This document shows positions 39,293 to 49,413 of a stretch of 64,000 bases of DNA, in pieces. Positions within the stretch are counted from its first letter, which is position 1, and each line of letters starts with the position of its first letter. The notes beneath the pieces were generated by a model. The model saw only the letters and a program-made list of their open reading frames with translations. It did not search any database and was not told the DNA's origin. A program made the translations under genes and the position numbers. The stretch is from Candidatus Woesearchaeota archaeon. Its GTDB lineage: Archaea > Nanobdellota > Nanobdellia > SCGC-AAA011-G17 > JACPIM01. The stretch spans positions 18,413-82,412 of the forward strand of contig CAZELK010000002.1 in the NCBI GenBank assembly GCA_964513145.1, written 5' to 3'.

Positions 39293-41677
39293 ATGACAAA
39301 ACTAGAAATAAAGCAATGGACAAAAGAATTAGAGAAACCAATATATGAATTATGGAAAAAAGAAAATGTGTATAAGTTTAATAAAAATTCTAATAAAAAA
39401 ATTTATTCAATAGATACTCCTCCTCCTTATATTAATACTCCAATTCACATAGGGCAAGCCACAACTTATGTTCTTATGGATATGTTTGCTCGTTTTAGAA
39501 GAATGACTGGGCAAGAAGTTCTATTTCCCCTGGGATTAGATAAAAATGGACTACCAATAGAAATAGCAACTGAAAAAAAATTTAATATAAAATTAACAGA
39601 AACCTCCAGAGAAAAGTTTCTAGAATTATGCAAGAAATTGCTAGATGAAGCTGGAACAGCAACTATAGATTCTTTTTTAAAACTTGGAATTAGTTTTAAT
39701 TCTTTTGAAAAAGGGGAAAAAGTTGGAGAAATATATGAAACAGATTCAGAAAATTATAGGGCTTTAACTCAAAATACATTTATTGATTTATGGAATAAAG
39801 GTTTAATTTATGAAGATGAAAGAATAAATAATTGGGATCCAAAATTACAAACAACATTGGCAGATTCAGAAATAAATTATGAAGATATTCCAACTTTATT
39901 TAACGAAATAAAATTTAAAGTTAAAGAAATAAATGAAGAAATAATAATCGGCACTACAAGACCAGAGCTTATTTGCACTTGTGCAACAATAATTTATAAT
40001 CCCGAAGACAAAAGATATAAACATCTAAAAAATAAAACTGCAATTACACCAATTTATAATAAAGAAATAAAAATAATTCCCCATCCTTTAGCACAAATAG
40101 ACAAAGGAACTGGCTTAGTTATGATGTGTTCTGCTGGAGATTTATCTGATATTAGATTCTTCAGAGAAATGAATTTAGATCCAGTTATAGCAATTGAAAA
40201 AGATGGAAAAATGAATCATCATTCTGGTTTTTTAAAAGGTCTAAAAGTAAAAGAAGCAAGAGAAAAAATAATTGAAGAATTAAATAATAAAAACTTATTA
40301 ATAAAACAAACTAATATTTCTCACAGAACTCCAATTTCAGAACGTAGTGGAGCAGAAATTGAATTCATTTCTATGAAAGAGTTTTATTTAAAACAAATAG
40401 ATTTTAAGGGTAAGATGAAAGAAATTGCTAATAAAATTAATTTTTTTTCTGATGAATCTAAAAATATTTTATTAAATTGGATAGAAGCCATATCTATAGA
40501 TTGGCCTATTTCAAGAAGAAGATATTATGCTACAGAAATTCCGTTATGGTACTGTCAAAATTGTTCTGAAGTCATTATACCTCCAAAAGGAAAATACTAT
40601 CAACCATGGAAATCAGACCCACCAATAAAAGAATGTCCTAAATGTAAATCGAAAAAATTCAGTGGCGAAACTAGGGTTTTTGACACTTGGTTTGATTCGT
40701 CAATATCACCACTATATATTTTAATGTATGAAAGAGACAATGAGTTTTTTAAAAAAGCATTTCCTTGTACACTAAGACCATCAGGAAAAGAAATAGTGAG
40801 AACTTGGGGATATTACACTCTTTTACGTTGTTATCAATTAACTAATAAAGTAATTTTCAAAGACCATTGGGTTAATTATCATATAGTAGATGAAAGTGGG
40901 CGTAAAATGTCAAAATCTTTAGGCAATGTAATTGATCCAAAAATAATTCTTGATAAATTTGGAGCAGAACCATTTAGATTATGGGCAGCAATAGAAGGGA
41001 ATTTAGAAAAAATTGATTTTAAATGTTCATTAGAAAGAATAGAAGGAGCAGGTAAAACAATTACAAAATTATTAAATGCATCAAAGTTTATTTTTTTATT
41101 TAATGAAGTTAAAAAACCAAAAAAATTAGAAACTTTAGATAGTTTAATAATAAATGAAATAAATAAAATAATTAAATTTGCTAGAGAAAATTATGAAATA
41201 TATGATTTTCATAATCCGGCAATAAAATTAAAAAATTTCTTATGGGAATTATTTGCATCTCATTATATTGAATTAGTAAAGGCACGAGCCTATAATCAAG
41301 ATAAAAAATTCACTAGAGAACAGCAAGATTCAGCTATTTTCACTTTATACCTTTGTTTGGATAAAATATTAAAGGTTTTAGCACCCATAAATCCACTTAT
41401 AACTTATAGAATATATAAAGATTGGAAAAACAAAGATATACATTTAGAAGAATTTCCAGATATTGAAAAAGTAGAAAAAATTGATTTCAATATTGAAGAA
41501 ATGATGGAATTAAATAGGCAAATTTGGAATTTTAAAAAATCAAATAATAAATCATTAAATACTGAACTATCAAAGGCTATAATTCCAAAAAAATTCAAAA
41601 TAATAGAAAATGATTTAGTAAATACTCATAAAATAAAAATATTCGAATTTGGTAAGGAATTAAAAATAGAGCTATAA
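39293..41677 (+). CDS. class Ia aminoacyl-tRNA synthetase (ValRS/IleRS-like; specificity not resolved from sequence alone), unusually short at 794 aa
   Basis: PPPYINTPIHIGQ (HIGH-like), GLDKNGLPIE, DWPISRRRYY, KMSKSLGNVIDP, and a Zn knuckle CQNC...CPKC. Confidence 0.75.
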   Translation: MTKLEIKQWTKELEKPIYELWKKENVYKFNKNSNKKIYSIDTPPPYINTPIHIGQATTYVLMDMFARFRRMTGQEVLFPLGLDKNGLPIEIATEKKFNIKLTETSREKFLELCKKLLDEAGTATIDSFLKLGISFNSFEKGEKVGEIYETDSENYRALTQNTFIDLWNKGLIYEDERINNWDPKLQTTLADSEINYEDIPTLFNEIKFKVKEINEEIIIGTTRPELICTCATIIYNPEDKRYKHLKNKTAITPIYNKEIKIIPHPLAQIDKGTGLVMMCSAGDLSDIRFFREMNLDPVIAIEKDGKMNHHSGFLKGLKVKEAREKIIEELNNKNLLIKQTNISHRTPISERSGAEIEFISMKEFYLKQIDFKGKMKEIANKINFFSDESKNILLNWIEAISIDWPISRRRYYATEIPLWYCQNCSEVIIPPKGKYYQPWKSDPPIKECPKCKSKKFSGETRVFDTWFDSSISPLYILMYERDNEFFKKAFPCTLRPSGKEIVRTWGYYTLLRCYQLTNKVIFKDHWVNYHIVDESGRKMSKSLGNVIDPKIILDKFGAEPFRLWAAIEGNLEKIDFKCSLERIEGAGKTITKLLNASKFIFLFNEVKKPKKLETLDSLIINEINKIIKFARENYEIYDFHNPAIKLKNFLWELFASHYIELVKARAYNQDKKFTREQQDSAIFTLYLCLDKILKVLAPINPLITYRIYKDWKNKDIHLEEFPDIEKVEKIDFNIEEMMELNRQIWNFKKSNNKSLNTELSKAIIPKKFKIIENDLVNTHKIKIFEFGKELKIEL

Positions 41678-41682
41678 AGAAG

Positions 41683-44292
41683 ATGGACTTAAAAACAAAA
41701 CAAAAATTAAAGAAATTTATAGCAAACTTGTCAATAGTCAGGGGAAGGCATACTGAGTTGGTTTCTGTTTATGTTCCAGCTGGATACGATTTAAATAAAA
41801 TTATTAATCATTTGCAGCAGGAGCAGGGAACAGCATCCAACATAAAAGATGCAAGAACAAGGGCAAATGTAACAGATAGTCTGGAAAGAATGATCAAGCA
41901 CCTAAGATTATTTAAAAGAACTCCTGAAAACGGCTTGGCTGTATTTGCCGGTGATATTTCTCAGGCAGAAAATAAAATTGATATTCAAGTTTTTAGTATT
42001 GAACCGCCAGAGCCATTAAAAGTAAAAATTTACAGGTGCGATCAGACATTTTATTTAGATTTAATTAAAGACATGATGGAGCATAAAGAAGTTTACGGTC
42101 TTATAACTATGGACAAAAGAGAATGCAGCATTGGTTATTTACAAGGCACTTACATAAAATTAGCACATAATTTAACATCTGGTGTTCCTGGGAAAATGCG
42201 TGCCGGAGGGCAGTGCTTATTACCAGACACACTAATACAATCTGCGGAAGGCGATATTTTTGAAATTGAAAAAAGTCACAATCCTCATGTTTTAGTTGGC
42301 TGTGAAATAGATAAATTATCAGCTAAGAATACGCCAATCACAGATAAATGGAATACTAAAAAAAATACAATTTACAAAATAATAACAAAATATCCAAGAA
42401 TAGAATTAGAATGTTCAAAAGATCACGTATTTTTTGTGAGAGAAGATAAATTAGTTGAAAAAGCAGCTGAAGAACTTAAAGAAGGCGATTTTTTAATAAT
42501 GCCTGAACAAATTAATATTAAAGGTAAAGAAATCCACTTTAATCCAATAAAATATTATAATATACTTTATTTAACAAAAGAAGGTAGAGATTTAATTAAG
42601 AATTTAAGAGAAGAAAAGAAACTATATCAAAAGCAATTAGCAAAAGAAATAGGTGTAACTCAAACAGCAATTTCAATAATCGAATTAGGCAAAGAAGGAA
42701 TAAGAGCTAATTTCTTGCAAAGATTATGTCAAAAATTACAGATTAATTTTGAGGAATTTATAAATAATTATACTTCTCATAAATCAACTATAAAACTTCC
42801 AGAGAGATTAGATGAGAAACTTGCACAAATTACTGGATATTTTTTAGGTGATGGAAACTATGAAGAAGAAAGAATCTGTTTTTCAGAAGAAAGAAAAGAC
42901 GTTGCAGAATATTATAGTAATTTATTAAAAAATTACTTTCGTGCAAAGGTCAGTTTAAAATATAGAGAGAAAAAGCATTATTGGTTAATAAGAGCCAACG
43001 GAAAACCAATAGTGAGATTTTTAAAAAATGAATTTCCAGAATTAAGAAATAATGATATAAATACAATTCCAAAGAAAATACTTGAATCAGATAATAAAAT
43101 AGTTGCTGCTTTTTTAAATGGTCTTTTTGACGCCGAAGGGTATCCAAGTTCTTCTCGATCAGTCAGCCTTGGGATGAATAATAAAAGATTAATTCAACAA
43201 CTACAAATGCTTTTGTTAAGATTTAGCATAATTTCCTCATTTATTGAAAATGATAATAAACATAATCCTTATACTAAAAATCATTGTTTTATTGTAGATA
43301 TTACAGAAAAAGAGTCAATAAAATTATTCAAGGAGAATATCGGTTTTACAGCTATAGGAAAATGTAAAAATCTAAATGAAATAATAAACCTAAGAAAAAA
43401 CAAAAAAGAATTAAGTAGAGTAAGAAGAATTTTGATGTCTGGGAAAAAAGTTCGAGAGATTATAGAAGAGTTCGGTTATAATATAGAATTATTCCCTAAA
43501 GTTTCAGGATTTTTTATTGATAAAAGAATGATAAGCAAAAAAGTGTTCTATAAATCAATTTTAAAAGAAGTAGAAAATAAAGATAAAAAATTATATAATA
43601 AATTATTTGAAATTTACAAAGCGAATATTCTCCCAGTTAAAATTAAATCAATAGAAGTAACAAATAAATCAGTAAAAATGGTTGATATCTCAACGCAACA
43701 AGGTAATTTTATAGCAAATTGTTTAATAGTCCATAACTCTGCAAATCGTTTCGCAAGATTAAGGGAAGAAGCTGCTAAAGAATTTTATAACAGAATAAGT
43801 GAAATTGTAAATAAAGAATTTTTGGGCAGACAAGAAATAAAAGGAATTATAATAGGTGGTCCAGGCCATACAAAGGAAGAGTTGCTAGAGTATCTAAATA
43901 ATGAAATCAGGAAAAAAGTAATTGGCACTAAGGATATTACTTACACAGATGAATCTGGTCTTCATGATTTAGTTGAAAAATCTCAAGATATTTTAGCAAA
44001 TGAAATTGTTATGCAGGAAAAGGCATTGATGGCTCGATTCTTCGATACCTTAGGAAAAACTCCAAATAAAATTGTTTATGGTATAAACGAAGTTAGACAT
44101 GCCCTGGAATTATCTGCAGTCGACATAGTTCTTGCTAGTGAAGATTTAGATGATAAAACAATCGAGGAATTAGAAGAATCATGTATAAAAAGTGGCTGTA
44201 AGCTTCAGATAATATCTGTTGATACAAGGGAAGGAAAACAATTGAAAGATCTTGGTAGTGTTGGGGCTATTTTAAGATATGAGATTCAATAA
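41683..44292 (+). CDS. prf1: peptide chain release factor aRF1 (eRF1 homolog) interrupted by an intein right after the GGQ motif
   Basis: NIKD/NIKS-like motif (ASNIKD) and GKMRAGGQ. The extein resumes SANRFARLREEAAKEF. Domain 3 is intact. Confidence 0.9.
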   Translation: MDLKTKQKLKKFIANLSIVRGRHTELVSVYVPAGYDLNKIINHLQQEQGTASNIKDARTRANVTDSLERMIKHLRLFKRTPENGLAVFAGDISQAENKIDIQVFSIEPPEPLKVKIYRCDQTFYLDLIKDMMEHKEVYGLITMDKRECSIGYLQGTYIKLAHNLTSGVPGKMRAGGQCLLPDTLIQSAEGDIFEIEKSHNPHVLVGCEIDKLSAKNTPITDKWNTKKNTIYKIITKYPRIELECSKDHVFFVREDKLVEKAAEELKEGDFLIMPEQINIKGKEIHFNPIKYYNILYLTKEGRDLIKNLREEKKLYQKQLAKEIGVTQTAISIIELGKEGIRANFLQRLCQKLQINFEEFINNYTSHKSTIKLPERLDEKLAQITGYFLGDGNYEEERICFSEERKDVAEYYSNLLKNYFRAKVSLKYREKKHYWLIRANGKPIVRFLKNEFPELRNNDINTIPKKILESDNKIVAAFLNGLFDAEGYPSSSRSVSLGMNNKRLIQQLQMLLLRFSIISSFIENDNKHNPYTKNHCFIVDITEKESIKLFKENIGFTAIGKCKNLNEIINLRKNKKELSRVRRILMSGKKVREIIEEFGYNIELFPKVSGFFIDKRMISKKVFYKSILKEVENKDKKLYNKLFEIYKANILPVKIKSIEVTNKSVKMVDISTQQGNFIANCLIVHNSANRFARLREEAAKEFYNRISEIVNKEFLGRQEIKGIIIGGPGHTKEELLEYLNNEIRKKVIGTKDITYTDESGLHDLVEKSQDILANEIVMQEKALMARFFDTLGKTPNKIVYGINEVRHALELSAVDIVLASEDLDDKTIEELEESCIKSGCKLQIISVDTREGKQLKDLGSVGAILRYEIQ
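42214..43737 (+). mobile_element. aRF1 intein (aa 178-685, 508 aa) with HTH and LAGLIDADG homing endonuclease
   Basis: Starts CLLPDTLIQ and ends CLIVHN, followed by SANRF. LAGLIDADG motifs (LAQITGYFLGDGNYEE, AAFLNGLFDAEGYPS) and an HTH (LYQKQLAKEIGVTQTAISIIELGKEG). Confidence 0.8.
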
Positions 44293-44293
44293 A

Positions 44294-45142
44294 TTATTTC
44301 TCTGCTTTTACAAGAATATATTCAATCAAACCTTTTTTAAAAGATTTTAGAACGAAATAATCAATAAAAAAACTTAGTTCTGTAAGAATTAATCCCCTAA
44401 TTTTCCTTAAGTCTTTTCTAACAACTTTTCGTCTTTGTTCATAATAATATCCAGGAATTACAGATTTTCCAACCTCTTTAATTATTATATTCTTAAATCC
44501 TGCTTGAACTAGTTTTTCTTTGTAAACTGTAACATCATAAACATTTGCTTTTGGCACATGCCAGAGTTTTCTCGCAGCTTTTATGACAAATTTTTCCCAT
44601 AAGCTTTTAGGCTGTCTCTTAATAATATAATCAGAAAGACAAATAACTCCTTTCGGTTTGAGCACTCTATATGCTTCTAAAAAAAATTTCTCCCTAGTAT
44701 CAAAATGTTCTGGTCCCTCAATACTTAAGACATTTGTAAAAGAATTATCTTTAAAAGGTAAATTTATTGCAGTTCCATGAAAAATTTGAATATCTTTAGT
44801 CATATTATTTTTTTCTATGCGCTCTTTAGCAATTTTTACATGATTCCAAGTAACATCTAAAGCAGTGATATTAGATCTAAAACTCTTTTGAAGAAATACA
44901 TCTTGAGCACCCATGCCACAGGCAACATCGAGCAGTTTGCTCCTTTTATTTAAACCGAGCATTCTGCCTAAAGTTAGAATAAGATTTTCAGCAGCCTTTA
45001 TATAATCATTATTACCTTGTTCCCATAACCCAAAATTTAAATAACCACCATGAAAATCTCCAAATTTTTCAACGCTATCGCCATAAAAATGCTCAACTTG
45101 ATATTCCTGAAGCCCTTTAGACCAATTAACTCTTTCGTCCAT
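44294..45142 (-). CDS. class I SAM-dependent methyltransferase (CMAS-like family)
   Basis: LLDVACGMGAQ motif I; overall resembles CFA-synthase-like MTases. Confidence 0.65.
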   Translation of the reverse strand: MDERVNWSKGLQEYQVEHFYGDSVEKFGDFHGGYLNFGLWEQGNNDYIKAAENLILTLGRMLGLNKRSKLLDVACGMGAQDVFLQKSFRSNITALDVTWNHVKIAKERIEKNNMTKDIQIFHGTAINLPFKDNSFTNVLSIEGPEHFDTREKFFLEAYRVLKPKGVICLSDYIIKRQPKSLWEKFVIKAARKLWHVPKANVYDVTVYKEKLVQAGFKNIIIKEVGKSVIPGYYYEQRRKVVRKDLRKIRGLILTELSFFIDYFVLKSFKKGLIEYILVKAEK

Positions 45143-45227
45143 AAAAAATTAAGATTAAATGAATTTTTAATACTTGCTAAATAAAAAAGTCATAAGGTTT
45201 AAAAATAATTAATAATATAAATTATAG

Positions 45228-45752
45228 ATGGAAAACCCAGAAGTAAAGCACAAAATAGAAGCAATACTGTTTACTCTGGGTAAATTCGTTTCTTTAGAAG
45301 AATTAGCCAGATACTGCGAAATAGGAAGCGTTGGTTTGGTAAAAGAAGCTATAGAAGAATTAAAAAAAGATTACCAAAATAAAAATTGTTCTTTGGAAAT
45401 TCAGGAAAATGAAGGTAAAATAAAATTAAATATAAAAAAAGAATTTGGTTATTTGACAAATAAACTTCTTACAACAAATGAGCTCGACAGTCCAACAACG
45501 AAAACATTGGCAATTATAGCGTATAAACAACCAGTAACTCAAAATGAAGTTATAAAAATTCGGGGAAATAAAGCTTATGATCATATAAAATCATTAAAGC
45601 AAAATAATTTAGTCACATCAGAAAAAAAAGGCAGGACAAGATTGTTAAAATTAACTCAAAATTTTTATGAATACTTTGATATAATGGAAACAGAAGCAAA
45701 AGACAAAATAAAAGCAGCTGTAGAAGAATTAGGCATTAAAAAGATGTTCTAA
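45228..45752 (+). CDS. scpB: ScpB-like segregation and condensation protein (two winged helices)
   Basis: IEAILFTLGKFVSLEELA... and a second wHTH (PVTQNEVIKIRG). Confidence 0.6.
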   Translation: MENPEVKHKIEAILFTLGKFVSLEELARYCEIGSVGLVKEAIEELKKDYQNKNCSLEIQENEGKIKLNIKKEFGYLTNKLLTTNELDSPTTKTLAIIAYKQPVTQNEVIKIRGNKAYDHIKSLKQNNLVTSEKKGRTRLLKLTQNFYEYFDIMETEAKDKIKAAVEELGIKKMF

Positions 45753-45765
45753 ATTTTATAAAAAT

Positions 45766-46110
45766 TTATTCTTCTTTTATTTCAACTAATATTTTGTTTT
45801 TTCCAATTTTAGATATTAAAACTTTCTCATCACCTTTTAAATGTAAATTTTCTTCAATGTCAGTCGGTATTCTTAAAACGGTGCCACGAGCACTTCTGCT
45901 AAGTTTACGATGAAGTTTAAGTGGTTCGCCCCACAAACCTAATCTTCTGGCAATCTCTATAGTATTTTGCGATACTTTTTCCGAAATAAATTCTTCATTA
46001 CAACTATTACATCTTTTACCTCTTTCTATAAAAAAGTGACCTTCAATTTCTGATATAATATCATCTACATCAATTAGTTCTCCTTTTTCACATATTGGAC
46101 ATTTTTTCAT
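45766..46110 (-). CDS. Zn-ribbon + swapped-hairpin (AbrB-like) protein, paralog of 32091..32432
   Basis: CPICEKG...CNSCNEE, then GTVLRIPTDIEENLHLKGDEKVLI. Confidence 0.5.
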   Translation of the reverse strand: MKKCPICEKGELIDVDDIISEIEGHFFIERGKRCNSCNEEFISEKVSQNTIEIARRLGLWGEPLKLHRKLSRSARGTVLRIPTDIEENLHLKGDEKVLISKIGKNKILVEIKEE

Positions 46111-46111
46111 T

Positions 46112-46306
46112 TTATTTTCTTTCAGCTCCAGATATTATAAGTATTGATTTATCAAATGAATCGTAAACAAAAATTATTTTTTTGTCTCCACTTCTTTTAG
46201 TATAAACTTCATATTTAGTTTTTTCTGATTTATCAATTTTTCTTATTAAATCTGTATTTAAATAGATCATGAGTAATTTTGCCAATAAATAAATTATAAA
46301 ATCCAA
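46112..46306 (-). CDS. small RelE/ParE-like putative toxin (start uncertain; overlaps GT2 3' end)
   Basis: KYEVYTKRSGDKKIIFVYDSFDKSILIISGAERK: the RelE-like C-terminal pattern. Confidence 0.3.
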   Translation of the reverse strand: MDFIIYLLAKLLMIYLNTDLIRKIDKSEKTKYEVYTKRSGDKKIIFVYDSFDKSILIISGAERK

Positions 46307-46946
46307 TTAATAATATTTTAATTCCGGTATTTAATCTGCCATTTTTCTCAAAGCGTCTGACAGAAGTTTTTATTTTAACTGAATTCAATAAATATATCTT
46401 AGTAATCTTTTTTAATCTTCTTACATAATCAAAATCTTCACCAACCTTAATAGAGTCATCAAATCCATTTATTTTATTATGTAAGGATTTCAATGTAAAG
46501 ATACAGCAGCCATTAAATCCAATATATTTATAAAAAAATTTAATAAAAATTCTAAATCCAGCAAAAAAGAATAAATCAATTAAATTATTGCTATCTGGGT
46601 ATACAGAGCACCCGGCAATGTTCACATTTTTCTCTCTCATTTCTTTTAAAGCTTTTTCTAAAAAATAGTCATCAAATGAAGTGTCAGCATCTAAAAATAA
46701 AACTATATCATATTTAGCCATCTTTAAGCCAAGATTTCGTTGAAAAGAAACATTTCTTTTATCAGATTTAAAGATTCTTAAATCTAATTTTTTATTAAAT
46801 CTTTTAGCATTAAAAACAGTATTGTCATCTGAGTCAGCATCAACCATAATAACTTCAAAATTTTTAAAGGTCTGTTTGCTTAAGCATTCCAATAGGCAAT
46901 GTATATAGTTTTCTTCATTTAAAGTAGGTATTACAATAGATAACAT
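46233..46946 (-). CDS. family 2 glycosyltransferase
   Basis: LSIVIPTLNEE...VDADSDD...DADT (DxD). Confidence 0.75.
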   Translation of the reverse strand: MLSIVIPTLNEENYIHCLLECLSKQTFKNFEVIMVDADSDDNTVFNAKRFNKKLDLRIFKSDKRNVSFQRNLGLKMAKYDIVLFLDADTSFDDYFLEKALKEMREKNVNIAGCSVYPDSNNLIDLFFFAGFRIFIKFFYKYIGFNGCCIFTLKSLHNKINGFDDSIKVGEDFDYVRRLKKITKIYLLNSVKIKTSVRRFEKNGRLNTGIKILLIGFYNLFIGKITHDLFKYRFNKKN

Positions 46947-47002
46947 AATTAAAAAAGTCTAACAATATTTATAAATATATTTAAGAATTATATAAGTAAA
47001 AG

Positions 47003-48250
47003 ATGGTAAATATTTATAGTTCGGTAATTTATTACCTATCGTTTTTTGGACTTTTTGCTACTATCTTTTATACTATTAATTTATACTCTTATTACAAAAA
47101 ATATAATTATCAAGAAGCCGAAGATAAAACAGTTAGTGTAATTATACCAGCTTATAATGAAGAAGAAAGTATTGAAAAAACGATAAAATCAGCATTATCA
47201 TTAAATTACCAAAAAGATAAAATAGAAATAATGATTATAGATGATGGAAGTAAAGATAAGACTTATGAAATAGCAAAGAGATTTAGTTCGAGAAAAGATC
47301 CCAAAGTTAAAGTATTAACAAAATCAAATGGTGGAAAAGGTTCTGCCTTAAATTTTGGTATTAAGCACTCTAAAGCGGAAATAATAGTGACTATGGATGC
47401 GGATACATTTGCAGAGAAAGATTCGTTAAGAAAAATGGTGGGATATTTTTATAACAAAGATATTACAGCAGTAACACCATCAATGGGAGTATATAAACCT
47501 AAAAATATATGGCAAAAAATTCAACAAATTGAATATGCTATGGGTGTCTTTCTAAGAAAATCTTTTTCTACTATAAATGCTATACATGTAACACCTGGTG
47601 CTTTCTCAGCTTACAGAAGAGACTTTTTTGAAACATTTGGGGGTTATGATGAAAAAAATATTACAGAAGATCTAGAAATTGCTCTAAGAATACAAAGTAA
47701 GAATCTAAAAATTGAAAACGCTTCAAAAGCTATAGCTTATACAATTGCTCCAAATAGTTTTAAAACCCTACTTATCCAAAGAAGAAGATGGTATTCGGGA
47801 TTAATAAAGAATTTATGGAGCTATAAAAGTTTATTTGGTCCGAGAAAAGGCTCTTTAGGGATATTAGTTCTTCCGATGGCTATAATAACCATTATATTCC
47901 CAACAGCACTAACAACTTACTTAATAACCCAAAGAATAATAAAAATAAAAAATGATTTATCTTACTTAAGCTCAATAAACTATAAATTTAACAATATATT
48001 AGATTTAAATTATTATATAATCGAAAATTATTTGTTTAATCTTTTTAGTCAACCGATATTTTTATTAACTATTTTGTTTTGTACAATTATAATTTTATAT
48101 ATTTACTTTTCAAAGAAAAACAATTTAAAGTTAGATGGTATAAAAATAAATTTCTTTTTATTTATTATGTGTTATTCCATATTATTAGCGATTTGGTGGA
48201 TAATTTCTTTTATTTACATTTTAACAAATAAGAAAATATCATGGAGATAA
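47003..48250 (+). CDS. processive family 2 glycosyltransferase (cellulose/chitin/PNAG synthase-like), membrane-bound
   Basis: VSVIIPAYNEE, DDGSKD, DAD, QRRRW (QxxRW) and multiple TM segments. Confidence 0.75.
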   Translation: MVNIYSSVIYYLSFFGLFATIFYTINLYSYYKKYNYQEAEDKTVSVIIPAYNEEESIEKTIKSALSLNYQKDKIEIMIIDDGSKDKTYEIAKRFSSRKDPKVKVLTKSNGGKGSALNFGIKHSKAEIIVTMDADTFAEKDSLRKMVGYFYNKDITAVTPSMGVYKPKNIWQKIQQIEYAMGVFLRKSFSTINAIHVTPGAFSAYRRDFFETFGGYDEKNITEDLEIALRIQSKNLKIENASKAIAYTIAPNSFKTLLIQRRRWYSGLIKNLWSYKSLFGPRKGSLGILVLPMAIITIIFPTALTTYLITQRIIKIKNDLSYLSSINYKFNNILDLNYYIIENYLFNLFSQPIFLLTILFCTIIILYIYFSKKNNLKLDGIKINFFLFIMCYSILLAIWWIISFIYILTNKKISWR

Positions 48251-48940
48251 ATGGAGTCCATAAATATAAAGAAAGATCCGAGTTTATTAAAGTATATTAT
48301 ATCTTTTTTAATAACAACTATAATATTTACATTAATATTTATATTTGCTTACTCAATATCATATATAAACTATCAAAGACTTTCTTATGAAAATAATTTA
48401 ATTAAAGATAATCTTCTCAAACTCGATGAAATATCAACTCTGTTTGAAGATGAAATAAATTGTAGTAACAAAATACTTCTTGAATCATCAAGAAGGCTAG
48501 ATTTTTCTGGAGATAAAATAAATATATTAGAAACAAAATTTGAGAAAGAAGATAAAAGAGTAATAGAACAGAAAAAGATTTATACTCAACTAGAACTAAA
48601 GCATTTTAATATAATTAAAAAATTAAACTTAGTATGTGAAGGGAATTTTATAACCATCTTGTTTTTTTATTCAAATAAAGATGAAAATAAAGATAAAAAT
48701 GAAAAAATAAGCTTTATATTAAGCGCATTTAAAGAAGAAAGTCCTGAAAGAGCAATGATCTATTCATTTGACGACAACTTAGACTTTGATATTATTAAAA
48801 AATTAAAAGAAAGATATAATATAAAAAAAATACCAATAATAATAGTAAATGAAGAAGATTTAATAGAACTGAATAATATCAATTTATTAACAAATTATTT
48901 AAAGCAGAATATAACAAAAGGAGTTAAAAATGGGTTGTGA
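48251..48940 (+). CDS. hypothetical N-terminally membrane-anchored protein
   Basis: 1 TM, then a 200-aa soluble domain. Confidence 0.4.
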   Translation: MESINIKKDPSLLKYIISFLITTIIFTLIFIFAYSISYINYQRLSYENNLIKDNLLKLDEISTLFEDEINCSNKILLESSRRLDFSGDKINILETKFEKEDKRVIEQKKIYTQLELKHFNIIKKLNLVCEGNFITILFFYSNKDENKDKNEKISFILSAFKEESPERAMIYSFDDNLDFDIIKKLKERYNIKKIPIIIVNEEDLIELNNINLLTNYLKQNITKGVKNGL

Positions 48941-49379
48941 TTTATGCGGCAGTAATAGTGATTTATTTTCTTCTATTATAGAAAATAGTTTGATGAATGT
49001 CTGCCAAAGATGCTTGAAATTCGGAAAAAAAGTTGAGAGGAACAAAAATTTTAATGTTAATGAAGTAATAAAAAGAAAGCCTAAAGAAGAAACAGTAATT
49101 TTAAGAGATAATTATAATTTGTTAATAAAAGAAAATAGGGAAAAACAAAAGTTAACCCAGGATAAATTAGCTGAAAAATTAAATGAAAAAGTTTCATTAA
49201 TACAAAAAGTCGAGAATAAAGAAATAATACCAAGTGATGAATTCGTGAAAAAACTTGAGAATTTCTTTCATATAAAATTATTTGAAAAATATAAGGAAGA
49301 TCATGAAATGAAATTGAATTTTCAAAGTGGTGCTTTAACAATTGGAGACTTGTTAAGATTAAAAAAGAGAAATCAATAA
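48930..49379 (+). CDS. mbf1: multiprotein bridging factor 1 (aMBF1): Zn ribbon + XRE HTH
   Basis: CDLCGS...CQRC and an HTH ([24 protein letters not shown]). Confidence 0.7.
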   Translation: MGCDLCGSNSDLFSSIIENSLMNVCQRCLKFGKKVERNKNFNVNEVIKRKPKEETVILRDNYNLLIKENREKQKLTQDKLAEKLNEKVSLIQKVENKEIIPSDEFVKKLENFFHIKLFEKYKEDHEMKLNFQSGALTIGDLLRLKKRNQ

Positions 49380-49413
49380 GTTTCATAAATACTTTTCACA
49401 AAAGTGTTCTAAA

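Noticed and set aside
49081-49386. Minus-strand ORF 49081..49386
   Set aside because: Antisense to the aMBF1 gene.
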